Part shown: in pieces, positions 18,657 through 30,070 of the stretch
How positions within the stretch are numbered: position 1 is the stretch's first letter
Layout of the letters: every line of letters starts with the position of its first letter
Assembly: GCA_031552845.1 (NCBI GenBank)
Contig: JAVBMC010000028.1
Span: forward strand, 72,394 to 136,393
Reading direction: 5' to 3'
DNA length: 64,000 bases
DNA from: Kiritimatiellia bacterium
Lineage (GTDB): Bacteria; Verrucomicrobiota; Kiritimatiellia; RFP12; DVOR01
Position numbers and translations under genes: made by a program
Notes under the pieces: generated by a model
The model's input: only the letters and a program-made list of their open reading frames with translations
Told to the model about the DNA's origin: nothing
Databases searched by the model: none

Positions 18657-19539
18657 CCCTTTAAGCTACAAATATCTCGCATTGTCGCAAAAAAACGCTC
18701 CCAAAGCAAGCCCTAAATCTCAATGTGTAGCGGCAAGCTCACGCGGAGACGCAGAGGCGCGGAGAGAAAAGAGAAGAGGACACCAGCGATGAAGTCGACG
18801 AAAATCGGAGAAGTCGTGCTAAGAGAATATGGAGGGCGGCTTTGCCAAAACCGCCGACCTTTTTAATACGGCTAACGCAAACAAACTTGTGATGAACGCC
18901 TTAACCCTTCCAAAACGTTGTTTCGCCCGCTGTTCCCTGAAACGGATGGATTGGGTGCCACGTTCTTTCTTTTGCCACCATTTTTTATAGCCTCAATATG
19001 GCGTCAAAAACGAAGTGCTTTTGGGTTTGAAGGCACGTGCCTTCAACTTCAAAGGCACCTGTAATGTACTCTTACTTACACGTGTAACCAAACTTTACTT
19101 ACGCCTGTAAGTAGAACTCACTTGCACGTGCGAGTGAAGTTGAATACACCTCGATTTTGCATAGTGTAAAACAGAGAGTAAGGCTGGATCTTTAAATTAG
19201 GGAGTGTAGAGTTGCAAGGAGGCTTGTTTTGGCACGTTCGATTCCTTGATTGGTATCCTGTTACCTGTTTCTGCTGTTTGTTCGCTGAGCAATTGAAGTG
19301 AAAACTCAAAACCGGGCTGTTTGGGGGCATGTTGGAGAAGGTGATCGCGGTGCCCATGGAAGCAAGTTCGCAGGGTGTGCGATTTTGAATGTCTTGTCTT
19401 TTCTGCTTGCTATTGGCGGTTGGGTCTGTTACACTTGAGATTGTTGGAGGGATTATGCCGCGTGTCGGTAGGTGTGCATTGCGTGTCGGTTTTTGAGGCG
19501 GGGACGGTTAGAGAATTTTTCGATAAAGGATGGCACAGG

Positions 19540-20973
19540 ATGAGTTTGAAGAAACGGTTTATCTGTCTGCTTGTTTTCTTGTTGTGTTGCGGGAGCGGTT
19601 TGCTGGTGTTGAATGGACCGGTGATTCGGGCAGATTCGGTGGCGTCTGCGAATGAGGAGGTGAGGCCGATTGATTTTATTGTGCGGACAACGGTGGATTA
19701 TTTTGAGGCGGTGCGGCAATTCCGTGTGTTGGCACCGGAGCTTGTTGCAGGGGAGAGGTTCAGTGCAGAGACGGCATCGGCGAATCTGTTCTTGTATTAT
19801 ATTACATCGCAGTATGGGTTGCATTGGCATACGCCGGAGTTTGATAGTCTGGTTTTGAGTGAGTTTAAAAAGACCTATCCGCCTATTACGCGCGAGGTAC
19901 TTGAGGCTGTGCGCGTGCGTTTGGATGAGACGCCGCCGCCTAGGCCTTGGCCGCGTGAGTGGGTGTTGAAATCAGAGTTAGCTATGCCGGAGTATTTTTT
20001 GCCGCATCCGCGTATTACGCTTATCAATGACAAAACGGTGCTGATTTATTATAAGATCTGTCAGGTTGACGATAGTGCATGGGAGGGGGTTAAGGAGGAA
20101 TTTCTGGTGTTCTTTGCAGATGGGCAGCGTCCACCTCAGGCAGTTGCTGCGGCAGAGAAGCAGGAGTTTTTACCAGTGATAGATTTGAAACTGAAGGAGC
20201 GCACGAATGGCTTCTTCCAGCCTCGTCGTTCAGGTCCTGATCTTTTGTGGAGAACGATGGCCAAGTATTGCTGTGTATTGGCGGATAGCTATCATGAACT
20301 GTTATTGGATGGATTGCAATGCGGGAATCCACAGGTTGAGGAGGGTGCATTTAATTCCTTGCACCATCGGTTTGTCTCGGCGTATTATTTTAATCAACGT
20401 GCGCTGCCGCCGAAGATCGATTATTTGAATCTTTGCTGCATGGCGTTGTCCTCAAAATTGCACGTTGAAGAGAATGAAAAGGTTGTATCTTTTTGGGCAC
20501 TTGGCAACCCGTTCACGATTAAGCATATCAAGCATCGTAATTGTTTTTGTCAAACGGATGAGTTTCTTTCGTTTGGGAAGCGGTTAAAGTTGAAGCTTGA
20601 TCTGTTTTGTTTTATGTGGCCTCGTGTAGAGAAACGTTGCGTTGTGGTTCCGCTGACGCGCGAGGACCTCAAGGCTGAAGTATTGTTAAACTTTCAGTTT
20701 CTGGGCAAATGCTCGGACGTGTGGAATGCGCTGTTTGAACAATTGAATGTCGGCCTGCGAATATCGAATAAGATGGGGGGCGTATTGCTGCCTGCCGAGG
20801 CGATTGAAGATTTTAAGCTGCATCCGCCGGTCATTATTCAGAATTCGCGTGATGTACAAGTGGATTCGCAAGTAAAGAAAGCTCAGAAAGCATTTGATAA
20901 GACAGCTGAAAAGATATCTCCAGCGACGCAGAATGACGGGCAGAAAATATCGTCGGGGCAATTAGAAAAGTAA
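19540..20973 (+). CDS. Secreted hypothetical protein (orphan, low GC)
   Basis: In-frame ATG at 19540 preceded by RBS aaagga. Signal peptide MSLKKRFICLLVFLLCCGSGLLVLNG. ~477 aa with no recognisable domain. The region is ~45% GC against ~60% in the flanks. Confidence 0.6.
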   Translation: MSLKKRFICLLVFLLCCGSGLLVLNGPVIRADSVASANEEVRPIDFIVRTTVDYFEAVRQFRVLAPELVAGERFSAETASANLFLYYITSQYGLHWHTPEFDSLVLSEFKKTYPPITREVLEAVRVRLDETPPPRPWPREWVLKSELAMPEYFLPHPRITLINDKTVLIYYKICQVDDSAWEGVKEEFLVFFADGQRPPQAVAAAEKQEFLPVIDLKLKERTNGFFQPRRSGPDLLWRTMAKYCCVLADSYHELLLDGLQCGNPQVEEGAFNSLHHRFVSAYYFNQRALPPKIDYLNLCCMALSSKLHVEENEKVVSFWALGNPFTIKHIKHRNCFCQTDEFLSFGKRLKLKLDLFCFMWPRVEKRCVVVPLTREDLKAEVLLNFQFLGKCSDVWNALFEQLNVGLRISNKMGGVLLPAEAIEDFKLHPPVIIQNSRDVQVDSQVKKAQKAFDKTAEKISPATQNDGQKISSGQLEK

Positions 20974-20981
20974 AGGAGCGT

Positions 20982-21395
20982 ATGATGAAGAAACTAGGGT
21001 TTGTGTTATTGGTGCTTTCCACACTCGGCGTTTTTGTGTGTTGTTGGGCCTCGGACGTTTTTTTGAAATCAGTTGGCTGGGAGGGGCTGTCGCATGAACA
21101 ACAGTTTTTGATTGATCGATTGTGCAACTTGATGTGGATTCCACCCGCGCTCTGTATGCTTGGGGGACTTCTCATTACGGCAGGGAGTCTTCGGATGAAG
21201 TCCAATGCCGGACGGTGGTGGATGCTGATTGCCACGTGTAGTATGCTCGCGTTGGGATTGTCCGGGTGGCTCGCTTTGTTTATCAATAGCGTGCTGTTTG
21301 CGTTCTTCCTGACGTTCTATCCCAAAGAGAAAGGGACGTTGACCGATGGTTCGGTTTTTCTGGACGGCATGCAATCCGATAGCGGATGCCGATAA
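20982..21395 (+). CDS. Small membrane protein (hypothetical)
   Basis: 137 aa with 3-4 predicted TM helices. RBS aaggag 8 nt upstream. Follows the previous gene by 8 bp, so probably the same operon. Confidence 0.55.
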   Translation: MMKKLGFVLLVLSTLGVFVCCWASDVFLKSVGWEGLSHEQQFLIDRLCNLMWIPPALCMLGGLLITAGSLRMKSNAGRWWMLIATCSMLALGLSGWLALFINSVLFAFFLTFYPKEKGTLTDGSVFLDGMQSDSGCR

Positions 21396-21428
21396 GGCTG
21401 GTGATCGAGTGTTTTTGAAAGGGGTGTT

Positions 21429-21818
21429 GTGGTGCTTGCTTCGTTCGGTTATTTGCTCTGGGCCGTGTATGCTCCCTTATTCTTACTTTTGGCCTGTGCG
21501 TGGGTGTTTCGTCGTTATCTGACGCTGACGCGTATTCTCTGCATCTGTTGGCTTATTATTTGCCTGTTGCTAGTGGTTTGTGAAGTGGGTTGTAATTCCA
21601 TTGTGCCTGTTCGAAGGGTGCGTTGGTTTTCTGTTTTATTGCAGAGCCTATTGCCTATCTTGTTGCCGGCTATCGTCATCATCGTGACTGCTAAAAAAAA
21701 GCATGGATGGCTGCATGGATTGGCGACGATATTGTGGCTAGTCCCTCCTTCTGTTCTTTTGAGCGAATGGATTTTTAACTACTTTGGCTTCATCAGTCGT
21801 TATCAGGTTATTTGGTAG
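21429..21818 (+). CDS. Small membrane protein (hypothetical)
   Basis: 129 aa, hydrophobic (~4 TM). GTG start. Third gene of the low-GC operon. Confidence 0.45.
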   Translation: MVLASFGYLLWAVYAPLFLLLACAWVFRRYLTLTRILCICWLIICLLLVVCEVGCNSIVPVRRVRWFSVLLQSLLPILLPAIVIIVTAKKKHGWLHGLATILWLVPPSVLLSEWIFNYFGFISRYQVIW

Positions 21819-21948
21819 TCTGTTCGTGGAGAGATTTTATGGTCAATGATTGGAGATAGCGATGAAAGCATATTGGTTGTGTTGCGGCGTCCGGTGCCGA
21901 GGGCTGAGGATGGGGCTTTTTGGTGGGGTGGAGAATTGGTAAATGTGA

Positions 21949-24465
<2,517 letters not shown>

Positions 24466-24715
24466 CGCGGGGCTTATATTTAACGCCCATTGGCCAGAAA
24501 TCCGGCGGCAGTTTGTTAAACAGGCTGTCTGCCGGAAATTGGTATACTGGTACTCCTGCCTTTACGGTTAGAGCTGTTTTCAACAGTTTCTAGCTTGCAA
24601 CATTTCTTTGGACGTGCTATCATACCTTTAATGGTTGAATGCTAAAGGGCAGAAATTTGCATGTGCCATGCAACTGGAAGGTGTTTGCGTGACGAGTCTC
24701 TAAAGGAGTCGAACT

Positions 24716-25696
24716 ATGAAAACGATACATTGGGTTGTAGTGTGTTTGATGAGCACGATGGCGGGTGCCAGTTACGGCGCAGACGGTAATTGGACGAACT
24801 TCGCGGCGGGACCGCATAGTTGGTTTGATGTCGATTGTTGGTCGAATGGGATTGTCGCCAATGGTTCGGGCACTACCATGGCGTTTGTCTCGAGAACGGC
24901 AGGAGATATCACGATTCTCATTGATGATGATCTGACATTGGGTGGAATAATATCCAATACAGTGATTGTTTCGCAAACGTTATTGGGTGTAGATGGACAT
25001 CGCCTTACTGTCGAGAATGAGGGGACGGCTATTTTTAATCTTGGAGCATCTCAGAATAATCCGAAGATTTGGGTGCCGTTGGTTTTGTCAAATACGGATC
25101 TCCAACTGACAAAAACTGTCTCCGGTTCTCGTAGTAATACAATATTGCTGGGAGGCGGCATCAGTGGTGTTGGAAACGTGGAGCTGTATTTGGAAACATC
25201 AGCAGCAGAACGATATTATCCCGTGCAATATATCGTGACAAATACACCGCTGACATTTACCGGAACATTGACTTTGACCGGGGTGTTGATTGGTACATTA
25301 ACAGAGAGGACCTTGCTCACAAATGCTTGGTTTGAAATGTATACGACCAATCTGTGCAGTGGCGGAACTATGATTAATGGCGCGTATGTTAAAGCGAACA
25401 CAGAGGGGGCTTTTGGTACTAAGTCCGTGAGGTTGACATCCACTGCTCGATTGGATTTGCAGAAGTCGCTTGTGTTGGAGGGCGGAAGTGATTTATATTT
25501 GATGTCGGATGCGAATGGTTCTTCCAAGGTTTATCTAGGTGTCGCTGACTCGACGAACGTGGTGCAGTGTTTGTATTTGAATGGTGTGAAGCAGTCGACG
25601 GGTATTTATAGTGCTGGGACGCATCCGCAGTATTTCGCTGAAGCCGGAGTGTTGAAGGTGAAGGGCGAGAAGCAGACTGTGCTGTTGTTGAACTAA
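24716..25696 (+). CDS. Secreted protein with autotransporter-associated beta-strand repeats
   Basis: Signal peptide MKTIHWVVVCLMSTMAGASYGADG. Repeats of the type LQLTKTVSGSRSNTILLGGGISGVGNVELY. 326 aa. Promoter-like TTGCAA-17-TATCAT upstream. Confidence 0.65.
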   Translation: MKTIHWVVVCLMSTMAGASYGADGNWTNFAAGPHSWFDVDCWSNGIVANGSGTTMAFVSRTAGDITILIDDDLTLGGIISNTVIVSQTLLGVDGHRLTVENEGTAIFNLGASQNNPKIWVPLVLSNTDLQLTKTVSGSRSNTILLGGGISGVGNVELYLETSAAERYYPVQYIVTNTPLTFTGTLTLTGVLIGTLTERTLLTNAWFEMYTTNLCSGGTMINGAYVKANTEGAFGTKSVRLTSTARLDLQKSLVLEGGSDLYLMSDANGSSKVYLGVADSTNVVQCLYLNGVKQSTGIYSAGTHPQYFAEAGVLKVKGEKQTVLLLN

Positions 25697-25747
25697 TCGA
25701 TGCCGGTGCTGTTTTCCAAAACCATTTAAATAGTCAGGGAGGCCGGG

Positions 25748-28700
25748 ATGAAGCGGTTGTGTGTTGTGTTTTGTTTGTTGGCGTGGGGTGTTGGTGCGGT
25801 GCCGGGTGAGATTAAATTTACGCTCAAGGAGCCGCGGCATGTGACGCTGGCGGTGGATTCGGCGCAGGGGGTGCGCGTCCGGAATCTGTTGGCGGATACG
25901 CCGTATCCGGCGGGCGAACATACGGTGGAGTGGGATGGCCGCGATGATGCCGGGAAGAAACTGCCGCCGGGTGATTATAAGTGGACAGGGCTGACGCATG
26001 CACCGATTCATGCGCTGTATGAAGGTGCTTATTCCCACGGCACACCGCCGTGGTCGTACGGAACAACGGGCGGTTGGACGGCTGACCATAGTTACGTGGC
26101 GGCGATTGTCAATGCACAAGGCGTGATGCTGTTGGGCTCGACGGAGTCGGAGTGGGGCACCGGCGGGTTGATCGGCTGTACGCCTGATGGTCGCAAGCTG
26201 TGGGGTAAACGTTGGTTGGACGGCAAGCCGTGGGCGGGTGCTGACGCATTGGTGACGGACGGCAAGCGGGTCTTTGCCGGTTCGTATGTTCAGGCCGAGG
26301 GACCGGTGTGGGAGATAAATCCGTTGACGGGCGAGTGCAAAATTGTTTGGCAAGCGAAGGGTGATATTCCGGCGTCGTTGCGTAATGTGGTGGGTGCGCG
26401 TGAGGGATTGGAGGCGCCGCGTTTCCGCTTGGCGGGTTTTATTGACGATGAGCTTTTTCTGACGGATATCTTTGGCAAGCTGCCTTATACCTACGTTTTT
26501 AAAATCGGCACGGAGTTCGGCGCACCATTGACGTTTGACCGTGCTTTGAATGTGCGGGCTTGGCAGTTGATTAAAACTCCGGGCGGGCAGACGCTGGCGA
26601 TTGTCAACCGCCAGATTGTCGCGCTGGATACGAAGACCGGCTCCACGAAAGATTTCATTGCAACGGGTCTCTCCAATCCGTATGACCTTGTTGCCGCCGC
26701 CGATGGTACGCTCTATGTGTCTGACATGGGCGCCACGGGAATGCATGCTTTCAATCCTTACGCGCAGCTCAAAGAACGCGCATTGCATTTTGAGGGCGAA
26801 GCGTCGCATCAGATTAAGTTGTTCACTGTCGCCGGTAAACCGTTGTCAGTGTGGGGACGTAAAGGCGGACAGCAGCCGGGATTAGTCAACCCGAATGATT
26901 TCTGGCGGCCTGCTGGTTTGGCGTTTGATCCCAAGGGACGCCTTTGGGTGAGCGAGATGACGTATCAGCCCAAGCGCGTGAGCGTTTGGGAGCCTGCCGG
27001 TGCTAAGGGGAAACAGAAGTTGGCCGCACAGTTTATCGGCCCTGGCACTTATGGCGGCGGCGGCGTGATGGTAAATCCGGACAAGCCGTGGGAGATTATG
27101 GACACGAACTACGGCACGGTGTTTGATGTGAATCTGGACAAGCAGACGTATGATGCCGTGAGCTTTCCGTTTCGCCAGATTCTTGCCCGTAAAGAACATG
27201 CTGTGAATGAAGGGCTGCCATTTGACGGCAAACCGACGCGCGCTTTCCCGCTCGAAGGCCGTACCTTCGCGGTGATGCAGGGCGGATATGAACACGGCCC
27301 CGAGGCGACATGGGAACCATACTCCTGCACCGCCGCAGGCGTGGTCGGTATCGGCGAGTATACGAACAACGTCTTCCGTCCGCTGGGCGCGTTTGGCAAT
27401 GTCCCCTTTATTATCCGCATGCGCGAGCTTGATGCGCGCCGCGAAGTACAGTGGGTGCCGAAGGCGGTGATGACCGCGGCGAAGGCACTGCCCGACTGGC
27501 CGCGCTTGGCGCGTTCGGTTGGACTCAACCCTGCTGCAACGGACACGCTGCATCTTGAACACAAACGCGGCAGTCCCGATTGGATTGTCAACCCGTGGCC
27601 GCGTGAGATCGGCGGGTTTAAATGGACGGATGCCAATGGCGATGGTTCCATGCAACCCGAAGAGATTGTCTTCTTTCCGATGGGTGATGCCGACCGTGTG
27701 ACCTTCAGTGATAATCTGGATGTCTACCTGCCGCAACCCAAAAAGCATGGCGATGGAACGTTGGTATTCAAACGCGAAGGATTCAATGCCTGCGGTGCGC
27801 CAACTTATCCCGACAAGCCATCGCGTGTGCTTGCAGGCGTGACCGATGTCCGTTATATTGCGCCCGATGGTTCGCTCTTGACGATGAACTCGCTACGCGA
27901 CCGCGATGGCAAACCGGTTTGGACCTATCCGGCGGATCCGCGCGGCGCACGTGACCTCGGTGCTGAAGGCGAAAATTTGTTGGAGCGCGGCACCATGCAC
28001 CGTCTGCACGCGCTGCGCGGTGTGGCTCCGCTTGAAAAGGAGCAGGGCGACGTCATGTGCGTACAGTCAACGGATGGCATGCTCTACTTCCTCACGCGTG
28101 AAGACGGGCTGTTCATTACAACGCTCTTCCGTCCCTTTGCATTCGCGGCGGGATGGGACAGTATTCCGCAGGCGGCCCGCGGCATGCGGCTGGATGAGTA
28201 TTCCTTGCAGGACGAATGTTTCAACGGCTCGTTCCAACAAGCGCGCGCCTCCGGCAAAGGATTTGAAAAGGATGGCTATTATCTAATCGGTTTTGGGCGT
28301 TCGGCGATTGCGCGTGTGACGGGATTGGATAGCGTGACGCACCTGCCGGGCGGGACGGTTTCGTTGATGGAAGGGGTCGGGCTTTATGCCGCCGCACGTG
28401 TTGAGAAACCCAAAGGTGATTCGCTCAAGACCCGCGCCATTGACCGTGAACCGTTGGAAGTCAAATACGGCACGCCCCCACAGACTTGCATTTACATTGC
28501 GGGCAGTCCCATCCGTTTTGCGTGGGACAAGCGCGGCCTCATCATCAAGGCCGAGGTTGCCGATGTCACGCCGCGCCTGAACAAGAGCGGCGATCAGACG
28601 ATGCTGTTTGCGACGGGCGATGGCGTCGACCTCTTCTTCAAATCCCCCAAGTACAGACGCATCCGAATCGTGCTGGCACCCACGCCGCAAGCCATCGTGG

Positions 28701-29590
28701 CCGATGCGCACAGCCCCGGCATTGCCGTGCGTTACCATTATGACGGCGCACCGACGTCCTCCGCAGTTGCGTATAAGAGCGGTGTCGGGCAGGCCGATGT
28801 CACGGCAGTTGAAAAACTTGATGCCGATGTGCGCTTGCGTCCCATGCGCTCCGGCTATGTGCTCGAGACGATTCTCAGCTGGCAGGATCTCGGCATTGAC
28901 CCTGCCGCGCTGCCTGCCCCGGGAGGGAAGCAACTCAATCTCGATTTTGAAGCCGGCATACTCCAATCTGATGCCGCAGGTTCAAAGACCCAAAGCCGTT
29001 ATTATTGGAGCGGACACATCGGCATGGTGGCGGATATTCCCACCGAAGCCGCGCCGGTGCCCAACTGGGGCAAGCTGCAGATTTGCCCACCGCCTCCGCC
29101 GGAACCGCCTAAGCAACCTCCTGTCGCTGCACCTGTTGCACGCGTCGATTCGGCTGCGCCCGTCAAAATACATTATGGATTGCCGCATCAAACCGCCGTC
29201 AAATTCGGGCAAGACCCCATACGCCTTGCCTGGGACAAGCGGGGCTTAATTCTCAAGGCTGAGCTTTTGCGGGGGGACAGCAGCGACGGGTTTGAGTTGC
29301 AGTTCACACTCGCCGAAAAACCTGCGGCGCGTATCACCCTTCAACCCGGCACAGATGGGAAGGGTGTTGGCAAGTGTTACTCCGGTGCGGCATCCCAAGG
29401 GACAGTATTGAACAGCCCCATTCGCGTACGCGCCGTGCAGGCCGGATACGTGCTGGAAACAATCCTGACATGGGACGAAATGGGCGCAACGCCCCCCGGT
29501 ACCCCTACGGTTATATTACCCTGCCACATCAAAGCCATCGGCGGGACTATAAAGACCGATGCCTTGTTGGTTTTTGAGCCTCAGCCTTAG
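25748..29590 (+). CDS. Large secreted protein (1280 aa): N-terminal FlgD-Ig-like domain, beta-propeller-like repeats, two C-terminal CBM9/DOMON-like modules
   Basis: Signal peptide. HVTLAVDSAQGVRVRNLL...GEHTVEWDGRDDAGKKLPPGDYKW (FlgD Ig-like). NHL/propeller-like YDLVAAADGTLYVSDMG. Internal duplicate modules: ...IRFAWDKRGLIIKAEVADVTP...YVLETILSWQDLGIDPAALP and ...IRLAWDKRGLILKAELLRGD...YVLETILTWDEMGATPPG. Confidence 0.8.
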   Translation: MKRLCVVFCLLAWGVGAVPGEIKFTLKEPRHVTLAVDSAQGVRVRNLLADTPYPAGEHTVEWDGRDDAGKKLPPGDYKWTGLTHAPIHALYEGAYSHGTPPWSYGTTGGWTADHSYVAAIVNAQGVMLLGSTESEWGTGGLIGCTPDGRKLWGKRWLDGKPWAGADALVTDGKRVFAGSYVQAEGPVWEINPLTGECKIVWQAKGDIPASLRNVVGAREGLEAPRFRLAGFIDDELFLTDIFGKLPYTYVFKIGTEFGAPLTFDRALNVRAWQLIKTPGGQTLAIVNRQIVALDTKTGSTKDFIATGLSNPYDLVAAADGTLYVSDMGATGMHAFNPYAQLKERALHFEGEASHQIKLFTVAGKPLSVWGRKGGQQPGLVNPNDFWRPAGLAFDPKGRLWVSEMTYQPKRVSVWEPAGAKGKQKLAAQFIGPGTYGGGGVMVNPDKPWEIMDTNYGTVFDVNLDKQTYDAVSFPFRQILARKEHAVNEGLPFDGKPTRAFPLEGRTFAVMQGGYEHGPEATWEPYSCTAAGVVGIGEYTNNVFRPLGAFGNVPFIIRMRELDARREVQWVPKAVMTAAKALPDWPRLARSVGLNPAATDTLHLEHKRGSPDWIVNPWPREIGGFKWTDANGDGSMQPEEIVFFPMGDADRVTFSDNLDVYLPQPKKHGDGTLVFKREGFNACGAPTYPDKPSRVLAGVTDVRYIAPDGSLLTMNSLRDRDGKPVWTYPADPRGARDLGAEGENLLERGTMHRLHALRGVAPLEKEQGDVMCVQSTDGMLYFLTREDGLFITTLFRPFAFAAGWDSIPQAARGMRLDEYSLQDECFNGSFQQARASGKGFEKDGYYLIGFGRSAIARVTGLDSVTHLPGGTVSLMEGVGLYAAARVEKPKGDSLKTRAIDREPLEVKYGTPPQTCIYIAGSPIRFAWDKRGLIIKAEVADVTPRLNKSGDQTMLFATGDGVDLFFKSPKYRRIRIVLAPTPQAIVADAHSPGIAVRYHYDGAPTSSAVAYKSGVGQADVTAVEKLDADVRLRPMRSGYVLETILSWQDLGIDPAALPAPGGKQLNLDFEAGILQSDAAGSKTQSRYYWSGHIGMVADIPTEAAPVPNWGKLQICPPPPPEPPKQPPVAAPVARVDSAAPVKIHYGLPHQTAVKFGQDPIRLAWDKRGLILKAELLRGDSSDGFELQFTLAEKPAARITLQPGTDGKGVGKCYSGAASQGTVLNSPIRVRAVQAGYVLETILTWDEMGATPPGTPTVILPCHIKAIGGTIKTDALLVFEPQP

Positions 29591-29636
29591 CGGCGATATC
29601 AATTAGTGGCATTTGCGACGGGTGTTACCCATCCGC

Positions 29637-29738
29637 GGGCTTGTAAGCCCGCGAGTGTAGGCTTGTAAGCCCGTTGGAGCGGGCTTATAAGCCCCTGAGT
29701 GTGGGCTTGCAAGCCCGTGGATGCGGGGTTCGAAGCCC
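29637..29738. repeat. Tandem array of 5 x 22-bp units each containing the palindrome GGGCTT-NN-AAGCCC
   Basis: Palindrome centres at 29643/44, 29665/66, 29687/88, 29709/10 and 29731/32, exactly 22 bp apart: gggcttgtaagccc, aggcttgtaagccc, gggcttataagccc, gggcttgcaagccc, ggggttcgaagccc. Confidence 0.85.
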
Positions 29739-29920
29739 GTGAAATGCAAGCGTATGGATGGCGGAATGTTAGGAGCACATTTTCAGGCGGTTGTTGCCTG
29801 TATTTCGAATACGCCGACGTTATCTGCGCAAGCTGCTGAAGTTGACCCGAAATAGGGTTTCTCCTCTGTTGCAAGGATAATTCATGTTCCATTTTAGTAG
29901 GTGAAAGTCAGTTTTGTGGG

Positions 29921-29949
29921 TTGCCTTATCGGTGGAGGTGTGTTATACT
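29921..29949 (+). promoter_or_regulatory. Sigma70-like promoter (-35 TTGCCT, 17 bp, -10 TgtTATACT) for the paralog operon
   Basis: ttgccttatcggtggaggtgtgttatact lies ~120 nt upstream of the ATG at 30071. Confidence 0.5.
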
Positions 29950-30070
29950 CCGTATGTTTTCGACAGACAGAAAAGCGAGAGGACATATAGTGCGTTTGGC
30001 GGGGGGCTGCTGGCGCGCGGAATCTGCCGAAAGCCATGGGGTAACTGTACCTTATTATAAAGGCTGTATT

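Noticed and set aside
29637-29738. CRISPR array or tRNA (GGGGTTCGAAGCCC resembles a T-loop)
   Set aside because: The units are 22 bp with no variable spacers and no cas genes. The T-loop-like string is simply one palindrome unit of the phased array, with no acceptor or anticodon arms.
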